A stretch of 64,000 bases of DNA. Source: an uncultured Actinomycetota bacterium. GTDB taxonomy: Bacteria; Actinomycetota; Actinomycetes; Propionibacteriales; Propionibacteriaceae. The stretch is from contig CAWGWR010000009.1 of assembly GCA_963826405.1 (NCBI GenBank), positions 90,211 to 154,210 of the forward strand, given 5' to 3'. The notes below the pieces were generated by a model that had not been told where the DNA came from, made no database searches, and worked only from the letters and a program-made list of their open reading frames with translations. Made by a program: the position numbers and the translations under genes. Shown here one piece after another: positions 48,581 through 57,055 of the stretch (positions are counted from its first letter, which is position 1; every line of letters starts with the position of its first letter).

Positions 48581-50599
48581 CTAGAGGACCACGTCGGCGC
48601 GCTGCCGGCCCCGGCTGTCAGACACCGTGCGGCCGTCGCTGAACAGCACCCCGTCGGCGAAACGGGCCTCGACGGCGCCGCCACTGAACTGTTCGGTGTG
48701 GAGGCGGGAGTAGAGCCCACCCCTCTCCAACAGCTCGGCGTGCGTGCCCTGCTCGACCAGCCTGCCGTCCTCGAGCCCGAAGATGACGTCGGCGTTCTGG
48801 ATCGTCGAGAGCCGGTGCGCGATGGCGATGGTGGTCCGGCCCCGGGTGGCGCGCTCCAGCGCGTCCTGCACCAGGCGCTCGGTCTCGCTGTCCAGCGCCG
48901 ACGTCGCCTCGTCGAGGATGAGCACCCGCGGGTTCAACAGGAACACCCGGGCGATGGCCAGCCGCTGCTTCTCCCCGCCCGAGAGGCGGTACCCCCGCTC
49001 CCCCGTGACGGTCTCGTACCCCCCAGCGAAGCTCACGATCCGGTCGTGGATGTTGGCGTCGCGGGCGGCCTGGTGGATCTCGGCCTCGCTGGCCTCAGGC
49101 CGGGCGTAGGCGATGTTGTCGTAGATGGTCCCGTGGAACAGATACGGCTCCTGGGTCACCATGCCGACCGCCTCGGCAAGGGAGTTCATGGTCACGTCGC
49201 GCACGTCGACGCCGTCGAGGAGGACCGCACCCTCGGTGACGTCGTAGAACCGCGGCACCAGGTAGGTCATCGTCGTCTTGCCGCCTCCCGAAGGTCCGAC
49301 GACCGCGGCCAGCTGGCCCGGTCGGATCGTCAGGCTGAGCCGACGCAGGATCCACCCGTCCCCTGCCGGTGGCGAGGCTCCCTCCTCGGCGGGCCTCGTG
49401 GCCTCGGGGCGGTCGGAACGGGCGAAGCGCGCCGTGCCGGTCCCCCCGGTGCTCAGCTCCCGCGGCTCCGGGTAGCGGAACCAGACGTCCCGGAACTCCA
49501 CCGAGCCCCCCGTCCCGGTCCGCGGCAGCTCCCGGGCGCCGGGACGCTCCTGCACCGCCGGGACCAGGTCGAGGTACTCGAAGATCCGTCGGAACAGCGC
49601 CAGGGACGTCTGCACGTCCAGGGTCACCCGCATCAGCTGGATGAGCGGCATCTGCAGCCGGGCCTGCAGGGTGGTGAAGGCGACCAGGGTGCCGGCGGTC
49701 AGCCCCGTCCCGCCGCTCAGCCGGCCGGTGAGGAGGAACCCGGAGACGAGGTAGATCAGCGCCGGGGTGATGGCGAAGAAGGTCTGCACCAGGGCGAAGA
49801 AAGCCCGGCCGGTCATGGCCTGCTCGACCTGCAGCCTGGTCTGGCGCTGGTTCTCCTCCCGGTACCGCTCCACCTCCGAGTCGGCCCGGTTGAACACCTT
49901 GGCCAGCAGGATGCCCGAGACCGACAGCGCCTCCTCGGTGATCGCGGTCATCTCCGACAGGGACTCCTGCGTCCGCCGGGCCAGCCGCTGGCGGCGCCGG
50001 CCGACCCTGACCTGCAGCACCACGAACAGCGGCAGCAGAACCAGCGTGAGGACTGTCAGCTGCCAGGACAGCAGCACCATCGCGGTGAACGCCGAGAGGA
50101 CGGTGACCGAGTTCTGCAGGATCGTCGTCGCGGTGTCGGTGAGCACGGTCCGGACCCCGGTGACGTCGTTGGCGAGGCGGGACTGGATGGCCCCGGTCCG
50201 GGTGGCGGTGAAGAACGCCAGCTCCATCTTCTGCAGGTGCGCGAACAGGGTGCTCCGCAGGTCAGCCATCGCGGAGTTGCCGATGGTGGCGGTCAGCAGG
50301 TTCTGACCGATCGCGATCAGCGCGCTCAGCACGGGGATGACGCAGAGGCCGGCCACCAGCCAGCTCAGCAGCCGCAGGTCGACCGGCCCGCCGTCGACCG
50401 GGAAGAGGGCGTCGTCGAACACCGCACGGGTCAGGAAGGGGGCGATCGAGGTGAGCGCCGCCGCGCCCACCACCGCGACCGCGACGAGGACCATCTTGGC
50501 CCGGTACGGGCGCAGCAGTCCGGCGATCCGCGACAGCAACCGCTCGCCCGCGTCCGCCGTCGGGGACCGGGGTGCCGCAGGGGCCGACGGCGCGGTCAC
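48581..50599 (-). CDS. ABC transporter, fused permease + ATP-binding domain
   Basis: Six TM segments, GPSGGGKT, LSGGEKQR, ILDEATSALD, IAHRLST. Start uncertain. Confidence 0.92.
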   Translation of the reverse strand: MTAPSAPAAPRSPTADAGERLLSRIAGLLRPYRAKMVLVAVAVVGAAALTSIAPFLTRAVFDDALFPVDGGPVDLRLLSWLVAGLCVIPVLSALIAIGQNLLTATIGNSAMADLRSTLFAHLQKMELAFFTATRTGAIQSRLANDVTGVRTVLTDTATTILQNSVTVLSAFTAMVLLSWQLTVLTLVLLPLFVVLQVRVGRRRQRLARRTQESLSEMTAITEEALSVSGILLAKVFNRADSEVERYREENQRQTRLQVEQAMTGRAFFALVQTFFAITPALIYLVSGFLLTGRLSGGTGLTAGTLVAFTTLQARLQMPLIQLMRVTLDVQTSLALFRRIFEYLDLVPAVQERPGARELPRTGTGGSVEFRDVWFRYPEPRELSTGGTGTARFARSDRPEATRPAEEGASPPAGDGWILRRLSLTIRPGQLAAVVGPSGGGKTTMTYLVPRFYDVTEGAVLLDGVDVRDVTMNSLAEAVGMVTQEPYLFHGTIYDNIAYARPEASEAEIHQAARDANIHDRIVSFAGGYETVTGERGYRLSGGEKQRLAIARVFLLNPRVLILDEATSALDSETERLVQDALERATRGRTTIAIAHRLSTIQNADVIFGLEDGRLVEQGTHAELLERGGLYSRLHTEQFSGGAVEARFADGVLFSDGRTVSDSRGRQRADVVL

Positions 50600-50818
50600 G
50601 ACCGAGCCGGCAGTGTGCGTCGTCGGGCCGGATGCCTCATGGGCCGAGCCTAGGTCAGCGGCGGGTCGGGGCGTCCTGCCTGCCGCGCCCGGCGGGCCGC
50701 CCGTGGCAGACTGTCGACCCAGATCGGGCAGCCGGGAGCCGGCCCCGGCACGACCCGGGCCCGGGCTGGTGGTCGGGACCACGGACGAGCAGGAGTCGGA
50801 TATGGAGACGGTGCTGCC

Positions 50819-51700
50819 ATGACGGCGCCCCCACGCGGTCCGGAGACGGCCTTCGAGCCCGTCTACCACCGCTACGGACCTCACCGCGCCGGCCTGCCTC
50901 CGCTGATCCCCTACTTCCGCGAGCTCTGGCACCGCCGCGAGTTCGCCGCCGAGATGAGCCGGGCGACCATGCGCAGCGCCAACACCTCGACCTTCTTCGG
51001 CCAGGCCTGGCTGGTGCTGAACCCCCTCCTGCTGGCCGGCGTGTACTACCTGCTGGTGACGATCATCCGGAACCGGCACGATCCGGAGTTCTTCACCCAC
51101 CTCACGCTCGCGCTGTTCGCGTTCAACCTCGTGTCCACCTCGATCACCTCCGGCGCCACCTCGGTCACGACCTCGGGCAAGCTGCTGATCAACACGGCGT
51201 TCCCCCGCCTGCTGATCCCGCTCTCCGCCGTGCGCACCGCCTTCTTCCGGTTCCTGCCGACGATCCCGGTCTACCTGGTGTTCCACGCCTGGTTCCTGCG
51301 GGACCAGTGGAGCTGGACCATGCTGCTGGGTGGCTACTTCCTCGCCATGATGATCCTGTTCGCCATGGGGATGGCCGCCTTCTTCTCCACGCTGCAGATC
51401 TACTTCCGCGACACCTCCAGCTTCCTGCCGTTCTTCGTCCGGCTCTGGATGTACCTCTCGCCGGTCCTGTGGCTGCCCGAGGCCATCTTCAACAGCTCCT
51501 TCCCGCGCTGGATGCTGACGCTGATCCAGGTCAACCCGATGTACTCGATGCTGGGCGGCTACGCCGACGCTGTGCAGGAGAGCCGCGTGCCCGACCTCTC
51601 GACATGGGTGACCTCGGCCGCGTGGGCCGTGGCTGTCGCCCTCTGCGGCTTCCTGTTCTTCATCTCGAGGGAGCGTGAGTTCGCTGTCCGCCTCACCTGA
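50819..51700 (+). CDS. ABC-2 permease (TagG/Wzm-like glycopolymer export)
   Basis: FGQAWLVLNPL, FRD...F, MYLSPVLW, NPMY motifs. Confidence 0.85.
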   Translation: MTAPPRGPETAFEPVYHRYGPHRAGLPPLIPYFRELWHRREFAAEMSRATMRSANTSTFFGQAWLVLNPLLLAGVYYLLVTIIRNRHDPEFFTHLTLALFAFNLVSTSITSGATSVTTSGKLLINTAFPRLLIPLSAVRTAFFRFLPTIPVYLVFHAWFLRDQWSWTMLLGGYFLAMMILFAMGMAAFFSTLQIYFRDTSSFLPFFVRLWMYLSPVLWLPEAIFNSSFPRWMLTLIQVNPMYSMLGGYADAVQESRVPDLSTWVTSAAWAVAVALCGFLFFISREREFAVRLT

Positions 51701-52496
51701 GTCCGCGGCCCCCGTCGTACCGACCGACCCGCCCTACGCCGTCCGCGTGGAGAACCTCTCCATCACCTACCGGACGACGTTCGAGCGCAAGCCCACCCTC
51801 AAGCAGGCCCTGGTCCGCTTCGGCCGCGGCCAGCGCGCGGTCCGGGAGGTGCAGGCGATCAAGGACGTCACCTTCGACGTCCGCAGCGGCACCGCGATGG
51901 GCATCATCGGGTCCAACGGCGCCGGCAAGTCGACGCTCATGCGCGCGATGGCCGGCATCCTGCCCCCGACCACCGGCTCGATCGAGGTCTGGGGCAAGGC
52001 CAGCACCCTGCTGGCCCTGGGGGTCGGGTTCAACAAGGAGCTCTCGGGTCGGGAGAACATCATCCTCGGCGGACTGGCTTCGGGGCTGTCGCGGAAAGAG
52101 GTCGAGGAGCGGGCCGACGACGTCGCCGAGTGGACCGAGCTCGGCGAGTTCATCGACATGCCCATGCGGACCTACTCCTCCGGCATGTCGGCCCGGGTCG
52201 GGTTCTCGGTAGCCGTGCACATGAAGCCCGACATCTTGATGATCGACGAGGCCCTCTCCACCGGTGACGCGAAGTTCCGCGAGAAGGCGAACGCCAAGAT
52301 GGCCGAGCTCCGGGAGAGCGCCCGGGCCATGTTCCTGGTCAGCCACGGCCTCGGCTCCATCAAGGAGATGTGCAACGAGGCCATCTGGCTCAACAAGGGC
52401 GAGCTGATGATGCGGGGCGAGCCCGAGGAGGTCGTCGACGCCTACATGCGCTTCGTCAAGGTCAAGCGCACCGCCGTCACCGACGAGGACATCTGA
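51675..52496 (+). CDS. ABC ATP-binding protein (TagH/Wzt-like)
   Basis: GSNGAGKST, LSGREN, YSSGMSAR, IDEALSTGD, LVSH. Confidence 0.88.
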   Translation: MSSLSASPESAAPVVPTDPPYAVRVENLSITYRTTFERKPTLKQALVRFGRGQRAVREVQAIKDVTFDVRSGTAMGIIGSNGAGKSTLMRAMAGILPPTTGSIEVWGKASTLLALGVGFNKELSGRENIILGGLASGLSRKEVEERADDVAEWTELGEFIDMPMRTYSSGMSARVGFSVAVHMKPDILMIDEALSTGDAKFREKANAKMAELRESARAMFLVSHGLGSIKEMCNEAIWLNKGELMMRGEPEEVVDAYMRFVKVKRTAVTDEDI

Positions 52497-52519
52497 GCTC
52501 GAGCGCCTCCCTGGACCGG

Positions 52520-52909
52520 TCAGCCGGCGTCGAGCCGCCAGCGCAGGAAGTCCGTCAACGACCCGGACTCGCCGTCCCGACCGCCCTTGCCCACCACCAG
52601 CGGCGGCGGGCTCGGTTGCAGCTTGACGCCGCCGAGCCGTTCCCGCAGACCGCCCGGCACGGTCAGCACGTAGTAGCGGCCGTCCTCGCCGATGGCCAGG
52701 CTGCGGTTCTTGCGCAGGTACCAGCCGGTCTTGTCAGTGCGGACCGACTGACCGGTCAGCAAAGTGGCGCGCAGCGGCTCGGCCGGCAGCCCCCGCTCGC
52801 GGGCCTCCGCGACGAAGCCATCGATCAGCTTCTGGGCCTGCACCGACTCCCCGCGCTCTTGGGCTGCTGCCAGCTCGGCACGGTGGGCGGCTTCCTCGGC
52901 GCGCGACAT
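52520..52909 (-). CDS. Hypothetical protein
   Basis: 129-aa ORF with globular-looking composition; TAGGTT -10 six nt before the ATG. Confidence 0.7.
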   Translation of the reverse strand: MSRAEEAAHRAELAAAQERGESVQAQKLIDGFVAEARERGLPAEPLRATLLTGQSVRTDKTGWYLRKNRSLAIGEDGRYYVLTVPGGLRERLGGVKLQPSPPPLVVGKGGRDGESGSLTDFLRWRLDAG

Positions 52910-53060
52910 GCAGCCAACCTAGCGCTGCCGAGGGGATCGAGCCGCTGACCAGCAGCGCCCGCCTAGACTGCGCGCACCTGCCAGCGGAGGATCCCTTCCA
53001 TGCCCGAGACCCCCACCTGCCCGCGGATCTCAGGGCCCTCCGTTCCCGGGCCGCCCTGAC

Positions 53061-54383
53061 GTGGAGCTGATCTCCGGCCTGCGCCGGCTGTGGCGGCACC
53101 CGCTGTTCCGACGCCTGCTCGCGGTGCGGGTGGCGACCCAGTCCTGCGACGGGCTGCTGCAGATCGCGCTGGCCTCGTTCGTGCTGTTCTCCCCCCAACG
53201 TCAGCCCGACGCCGCCTCCATCGCCACCGTGCTCGCCATCACACTGCTCCCCTTCTCGCTGCTCGGCCCCTTCGTCGGGGTGGTCCTCGACCGGTGCTCG
53301 CGGCGGCAGATCCTCGTCGTCGTCGACCTCTGCCGCTCGCTGCTCTGCCTCGGACTGGCTGCCCTGGTCTCCACCGGGCTGCGCACGCCGGCGGTCGAGA
53401 CGGCCTTCTACGGTCTGGTCCTGCTGGCGATGAGCCTCAACCGCTTCCTGCTCGCGGCCCTGTCGGCCTCGCTGCCGCACACCATCGACGCCGACGAGTA
53501 CATGGTGGCGAACTCCGTCGTCCCCACGGTGGGACCGGCCGGCGCTCTGATCGGCGTCGGGGTGGGGACCGGGTTGCGGCTGCTGCTGGGGCGCTCCATG
53601 CCCGACTACAGCGCGAACGCCGTGCTGTTCACCACGGCGGCCGCAGGCTTCGTGGTCAGCGTCCTGCTCGCCCTGCGGATCCCGCGGGACCGGCTTGGGC
53701 CGGATGTCGAGGTGCCGGCTCGGGGCCGCGACGTCGTCGCCGGGCTGGCGGAGGCCCTCCGGCACCTCCGGGACCGCCCGGCCGCGGGCGTCGGGCTGGC
53801 GACCATCGGAGCGCACCGGGTGGTCTACGGGATCGTCACGGTCTCGATGATCCTGGTGTATCGCAACTACTTCCACACCCTGGACGAGGTCGACGCCGCG
53901 ATCGCCGACCTGGGACTGCTCGTCGTGGTCACCGGGGCCGGCTTCGTGCTGGCCGCCGCTGTGACCCCGATCGGGACGGCCCGGATGGGGGTCCGCCGCT
54001 GGCTCGTGCTGAGCCTGGCTGCCTCAGGGGTCCTGCAGGTGCTTCCCGGAGCCATCTACGCGAACGTCCCCCTGCTGGTGGCGGCGTTCCTGCTGGGGGT
54101 GACGGCGCAGAACGTCAAGATCTGCGTCGACACCCTCGTCCAGGCCCACGTCGACGACGAGCTCAAGGGCCGCGTCTTCGTCCTCTACGACATGGTCTTC
54201 AACCTCGCGCTGGTCATCGCCGCGGTGGTCGGGGCGCTCATCCTGCCACCGGACGGCCGCTCGGTGCTCGTGCTGGTGCTGCTGGGCGCCTGCTACCTGC
54301 TGATCGCCGTCGTCTTCGCCGCCGCCACCCGCGGGATGGCCCTGGACCGCGGCACCGAGTCGCTCCAGCGCCAGTCCGCCTGA
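53061..54383 (+). CDS. MFS transporter
   Basis: About 12 hydrophobic segments, GVVLDRCSRR loop motif, GRVF near the C-terminus. Confidence 0.85.
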   Translation: MELISGLRRLWRHPLFRRLLAVRVATQSCDGLLQIALASFVLFSPQRQPDAASIATVLAITLLPFSLLGPFVGVVLDRCSRRQILVVVDLCRSLLCLGLAALVSTGLRTPAVETAFYGLVLLAMSLNRFLLAALSASLPHTIDADEYMVANSVVPTVGPAGALIGVGVGTGLRLLLGRSMPDYSANAVLFTTAAAGFVVSVLLALRIPRDRLGPDVEVPARGRDVVAGLAEALRHLRDRPAAGVGLATIGAHRVVYGIVTVSMILVYRNYFHTLDEVDAAIADLGLLVVVTGAGFVLAAAVTPIGTARMGVRRWLVLSLAASGVLQVLPGAIYANVPLLVAAFLLGVTAQNVKICVDTLVQAHVDDELKGRVFVLYDMVFNLALVIAAVVGALILPPDGRSVLVLVLLGACYLLIAVVFAAATRGMALDRGTESLQRQSA

Positions 54384-54455
54384 CCTCGCGGCGTCTGCTC
54401 GTCGACGCGGCCTCAGCAGGAGCCGCAGCGACGACGAAGCGCCGCGGAGTCAGCC
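54382..54455. repeat. 74-bp imperfect palindrome, copy L
   Basis: GACCTCGCGGCG...CGCCGCGGAGTCAGCC; aligns ungapped with 55412-55485 (51/74 by manual count). Confidence 0.7.
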
Positions 54456-55346
54456 GCGGCCGCGGCGGAACGCGCGCCGCAGCCGCTCCTCCAGCCGCCG
54501 CTCGTGCTCCAGGTGCCACCAGGTCCACCGGGCCATCTGCCACCCGAGGTCGCGCAGCTCGTCCTCCCGCTGCTTCTCGGCCCACAGCACGTCCTCGAGG
54601 CGCTGGCCTGGCCGCAGCGCCCGGCCGTACTTCACCCGGCCGTCGAACTCCCCGAGCGTGCGGCGGTCCTCCCACCCGAAGTCGCTCCGACCGACGAATC
54701 GCCCTCCCCCGTCGAACACCTCGAGCTGCAACGTGGTGGGCGCCAGGCCGAGGCGGTCGAGCACCACCCGGCTCATCGACTCCCCGACGCTCTCGCTCCG
54801 GCAGTCGAGGAAGGCGGCGACCCGTCTGGCTGCTCCCACGCCCGGGCGACGACCCGCCCGGCCGAGCGCGTCCGCTAGGGCCTCCGGCACCAGACCGAGC
54901 CGCAGGGCGGCGTCCCCGGTAGCCACGGCCCGGTCGAACGGCAGCGTGCGGGCGAGGTCGAGGACGGTCCGGGCCAGGCTGGTCACCCCGACGCCGTCCA
55001 GCAGCACCGTCTCGGCCGGGTCCAGTGGGGCGACGTGCAGGTGGACGTAGCCCCGGCGCTTGCCCCGGCCGTCGGGACGCGTGAGGTGCACCTGGGCCGG
55101 GGACCCGAAGTCCGGCAGTCCGTGCAGCACCGCCGCCGACCCGTGGCTCACCACTCCGTCCGCTGTCAGCTCCAGGGTGGCCGCGACCAGCAGCCGGTGC
55201 CGGGCCGCGTCGTCCTCAGGCTCCGACCTCAGCCAGGCACCCCGGCGCAGGTGCACCAACGACCCGTCGCGCCCCAGGCGCGCCAGCTCGGTGGGCGAGA
55301 AGCCCGACCGGGTCAGCTCGCGGGTGAGCAGGGGGCGCTGGTCCAC
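54450..55346 (-). CDS. AbiEi-like N-terminal domain + DUF559/PD-(D/E)XK-like C-terminal protein
   Basis: LVHLRRGAW, VVSHGSAAVLHGL, VTSLARTVLDLAR, SESVGES..R, DFGW, EFDGRVKY, REDELR.LGW. Confidence 0.75.
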   Translation of the reverse strand: MDQRPLLTRELTRSGFSPTELARLGRDGSLVHLRRGAWLRSEPEDDAARHRLLVAATLELTADGVVSHGSAAVLHGLPDFGSPAQVHLTRPDGRGKRRGYVHLHVAPLDPAETVLLDGVGVTSLARTVLDLARTLPFDRAVATGDAALRLGLVPEALADALGRAGRRPGVGAARRVAAFLDCRSESVGESMSRVVLDRLGLAPTTLQLEVFDGGGRFVGRSDFGWEDRRTLGEFDGRVKYGRALRPGQRLEDVLWAEKQREDELRDLGWQMARWTWWHLEHERRLEERLRRAFRRGRG

Positions 55347-55411
55347 GGCTTGAGCCCACCACGCCAGGCCCCGCTCGCACTGTCAGCGGGGCAGATCTGT
55401 GGACGACGGCC

Positions 55412-55485
55412 GACTCCGCGGCCTCTTGTTCTCCATGCGGCTCCAGCAGCAGCCGGGGGAAGAAGCAGACGCCGTGGAGTCAGCC
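55412..55485. repeat. 74-bp imperfect palindrome, copy R
   Basis: GACTCCGCGGC...GCCGTGGAGTCAGCC. Confidence 0.7.
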
Positions 55486-56934
55486 CTGCGGCTGCTGCTC
55501 CGCCCACCAGGCCCGCAGCGCCTGCTCGGCCCGCTCGGGCCCGAGCGGACCCTCGTCGATCCGCAGCTCGAGCAGGTGGCGGTAGGCCCGACCCACCAGG
55601 GGACCGGGCGGGAGGTCGAGCAGCTCCATGATCTGACGGCCGTCGAGGTCGGGGCGCAGGGAGTCCAGCTCCTCCTGCTCGGCCAGCACGGCGATCCGGG
55701 CCTCCAGGTCGTCGTAGGCCGACCGCAGCCGCGCGGCCTTGGCCTGGTTCCGGGTCGTGCAGTCAGCCCGGGTCAGGATGTGCAGGCGCTCCAGCTGCTC
55801 GCCGGCGTCGCGGACGTAACGCCGCACGGCCGAGTCGGTCCAGGTCCCCCCGCCGTAGCCGTGGAAGCGCAGGTGCAGGAACACCAGCTCGCTGACGGCC
55901 TTGATCTCGTCGCTGGAGAAGCGCAGCGCCGTCAGCCGCTTGCGGACCAACTTCGCGCCGACGACGTCGTGGTGGTGGAAGGAGACCTTGCCGCCCTCCT
56001 CGAACTTCCGCGTCGCGGGCTTCCCGACGTCGTGCAGCAGGGCCGCCAGCCGGTTGACCAGGTCGGGCGCCGAGGGCAGCCGCGACTCCAGCTCGATGGC
56101 CTGCTCCAGCACGGTCAGGCTGTGCTCGTAGACGTCCTTGTGCCGGTGGTGCTCGTCGCGCTCCAGCCGCAACGCCGGGAGCTCGGGCAGCACGCGGTCC
56201 GCCAGCCCGGTGCGGACCAGCAGGTCCAGGCCGGGCCGCGGACGGGCGGAGAGCAGCAGCTTCGACAGCTCGTCGCGGACCCGCTCGGCGGAGATGATGG
56301 CGATCCGGTCCGCCATCGCCGTCATCGCCCCCACCACCTCAGGGGCGGGACGGAAACCCAGCTGGGCGGCGAACCGGGCGGCCCGCATCATCCGCAGCGG
56401 ATCGTCGCTGAAGGAGGACTCGGGGGTGCCCGGCGTGCGGATGACCTGCGCGGTGAGGTCCGCCAGCCCGCGGTGGGGGTCGACGAAGACGTTCCCCGGC
56501 AGCGAGACTGCCATCGCGTTGATGGTGAAGTCCCGTCGGACCAGGTCGCCCTCAAGGGTGTCGCCGAACTGGACGACGGGCTTGCGGCTGTCCGTGGCGT
56601 AGGCGTCGGCGCGGAAGGTGGTGACCTCGACGACCCAGGAGACGCTCCCGTCGTCGACCTTGCAGCCGATCGTGCCGAACTCCTTGCCGATGGTCCAGAC
56701 GGCTCGGGAGAACCGGCGCAGCAGCGCCTCGACGACGTCGGGGCGGGCCGAGGTGGTGAAGTCGAGGTCGTGGCCGAGGCGACCCAGCAGGGCGTCGCGC
56801 ACGCTGCCGCCCACTAGGTAGAGCTCGTGCCCGGCCTCGGCGAAGAGCCGTCCCAGCCGTCCGGCGACGGGCGCGATGCGCAGCAGCTCGGCTACCGCGT
56901 TGGCCTGGGCCTGGTTCAGGGTGGGCGTGGACAC
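55480..56934 (-). CDS. cca: CCA tRNA nucleotidyltransferase (with HD domain)
   Basis: LVGGSVRD, DLDF, EVTTFR, RRDFTINA, DDPLRMMRA, ERVRDE, LLHDVGK. Confidence 0.93.
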   Translation of the reverse strand: MSTPTLNQAQANAVAELLRIAPVAGRLGRLFAEAGHELYLVGGSVRDALLGRLGHDLDFTTSARPDVVEALLRRFSRAVWTIGKEFGTIGCKVDDGSVSWVVEVTTFRADAYATDSRKPVVQFGDTLEGDLVRRDFTINAMAVSLPGNVFVDPHRGLADLTAQVIRTPGTPESSFSDDPLRMMRAARFAAQLGFRPAPEVVGAMTAMADRIAIISAERVRDELSKLLLSARPRPGLDLLVRTGLADRVLPELPALRLERDEHHRHKDVYEHSLTVLEQAIELESRLPSAPDLVNRLAALLHDVGKPATRKFEEGGKVSFHHHDVVGAKLVRKRLTALRFSSDEIKAVSELVFLHLRFHGYGGGTWTDSAVRRYVRDAGEQLERLHILTRADCTTRNQAKAARLRSAYDDLEARIAVLAEQEELDSLRPDLDGRQIMELLDLPPGPLVGRAYRHLLELRIDEGPLGPERAEQALRAWWAEQQPQG

Positions 56935-57055
56935 GCCGAGCCACTCTACCGGCGCGAGCGCCCGCGGGCCCCTGCTCGACCAGCCGCACCGCACGCGCAG
57001 CGGGAGGCCGGGCGGCTGCCCGGCTCTAGGATGAACCAGTGAGGAGTCCGCGCGC

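Noticed and set aside
54450-55346. Type IV toxin-antitoxin / abortive infection system
   Set aside because: No AbiEii-like nucleotidyltransferase toxin gene is adjacent.
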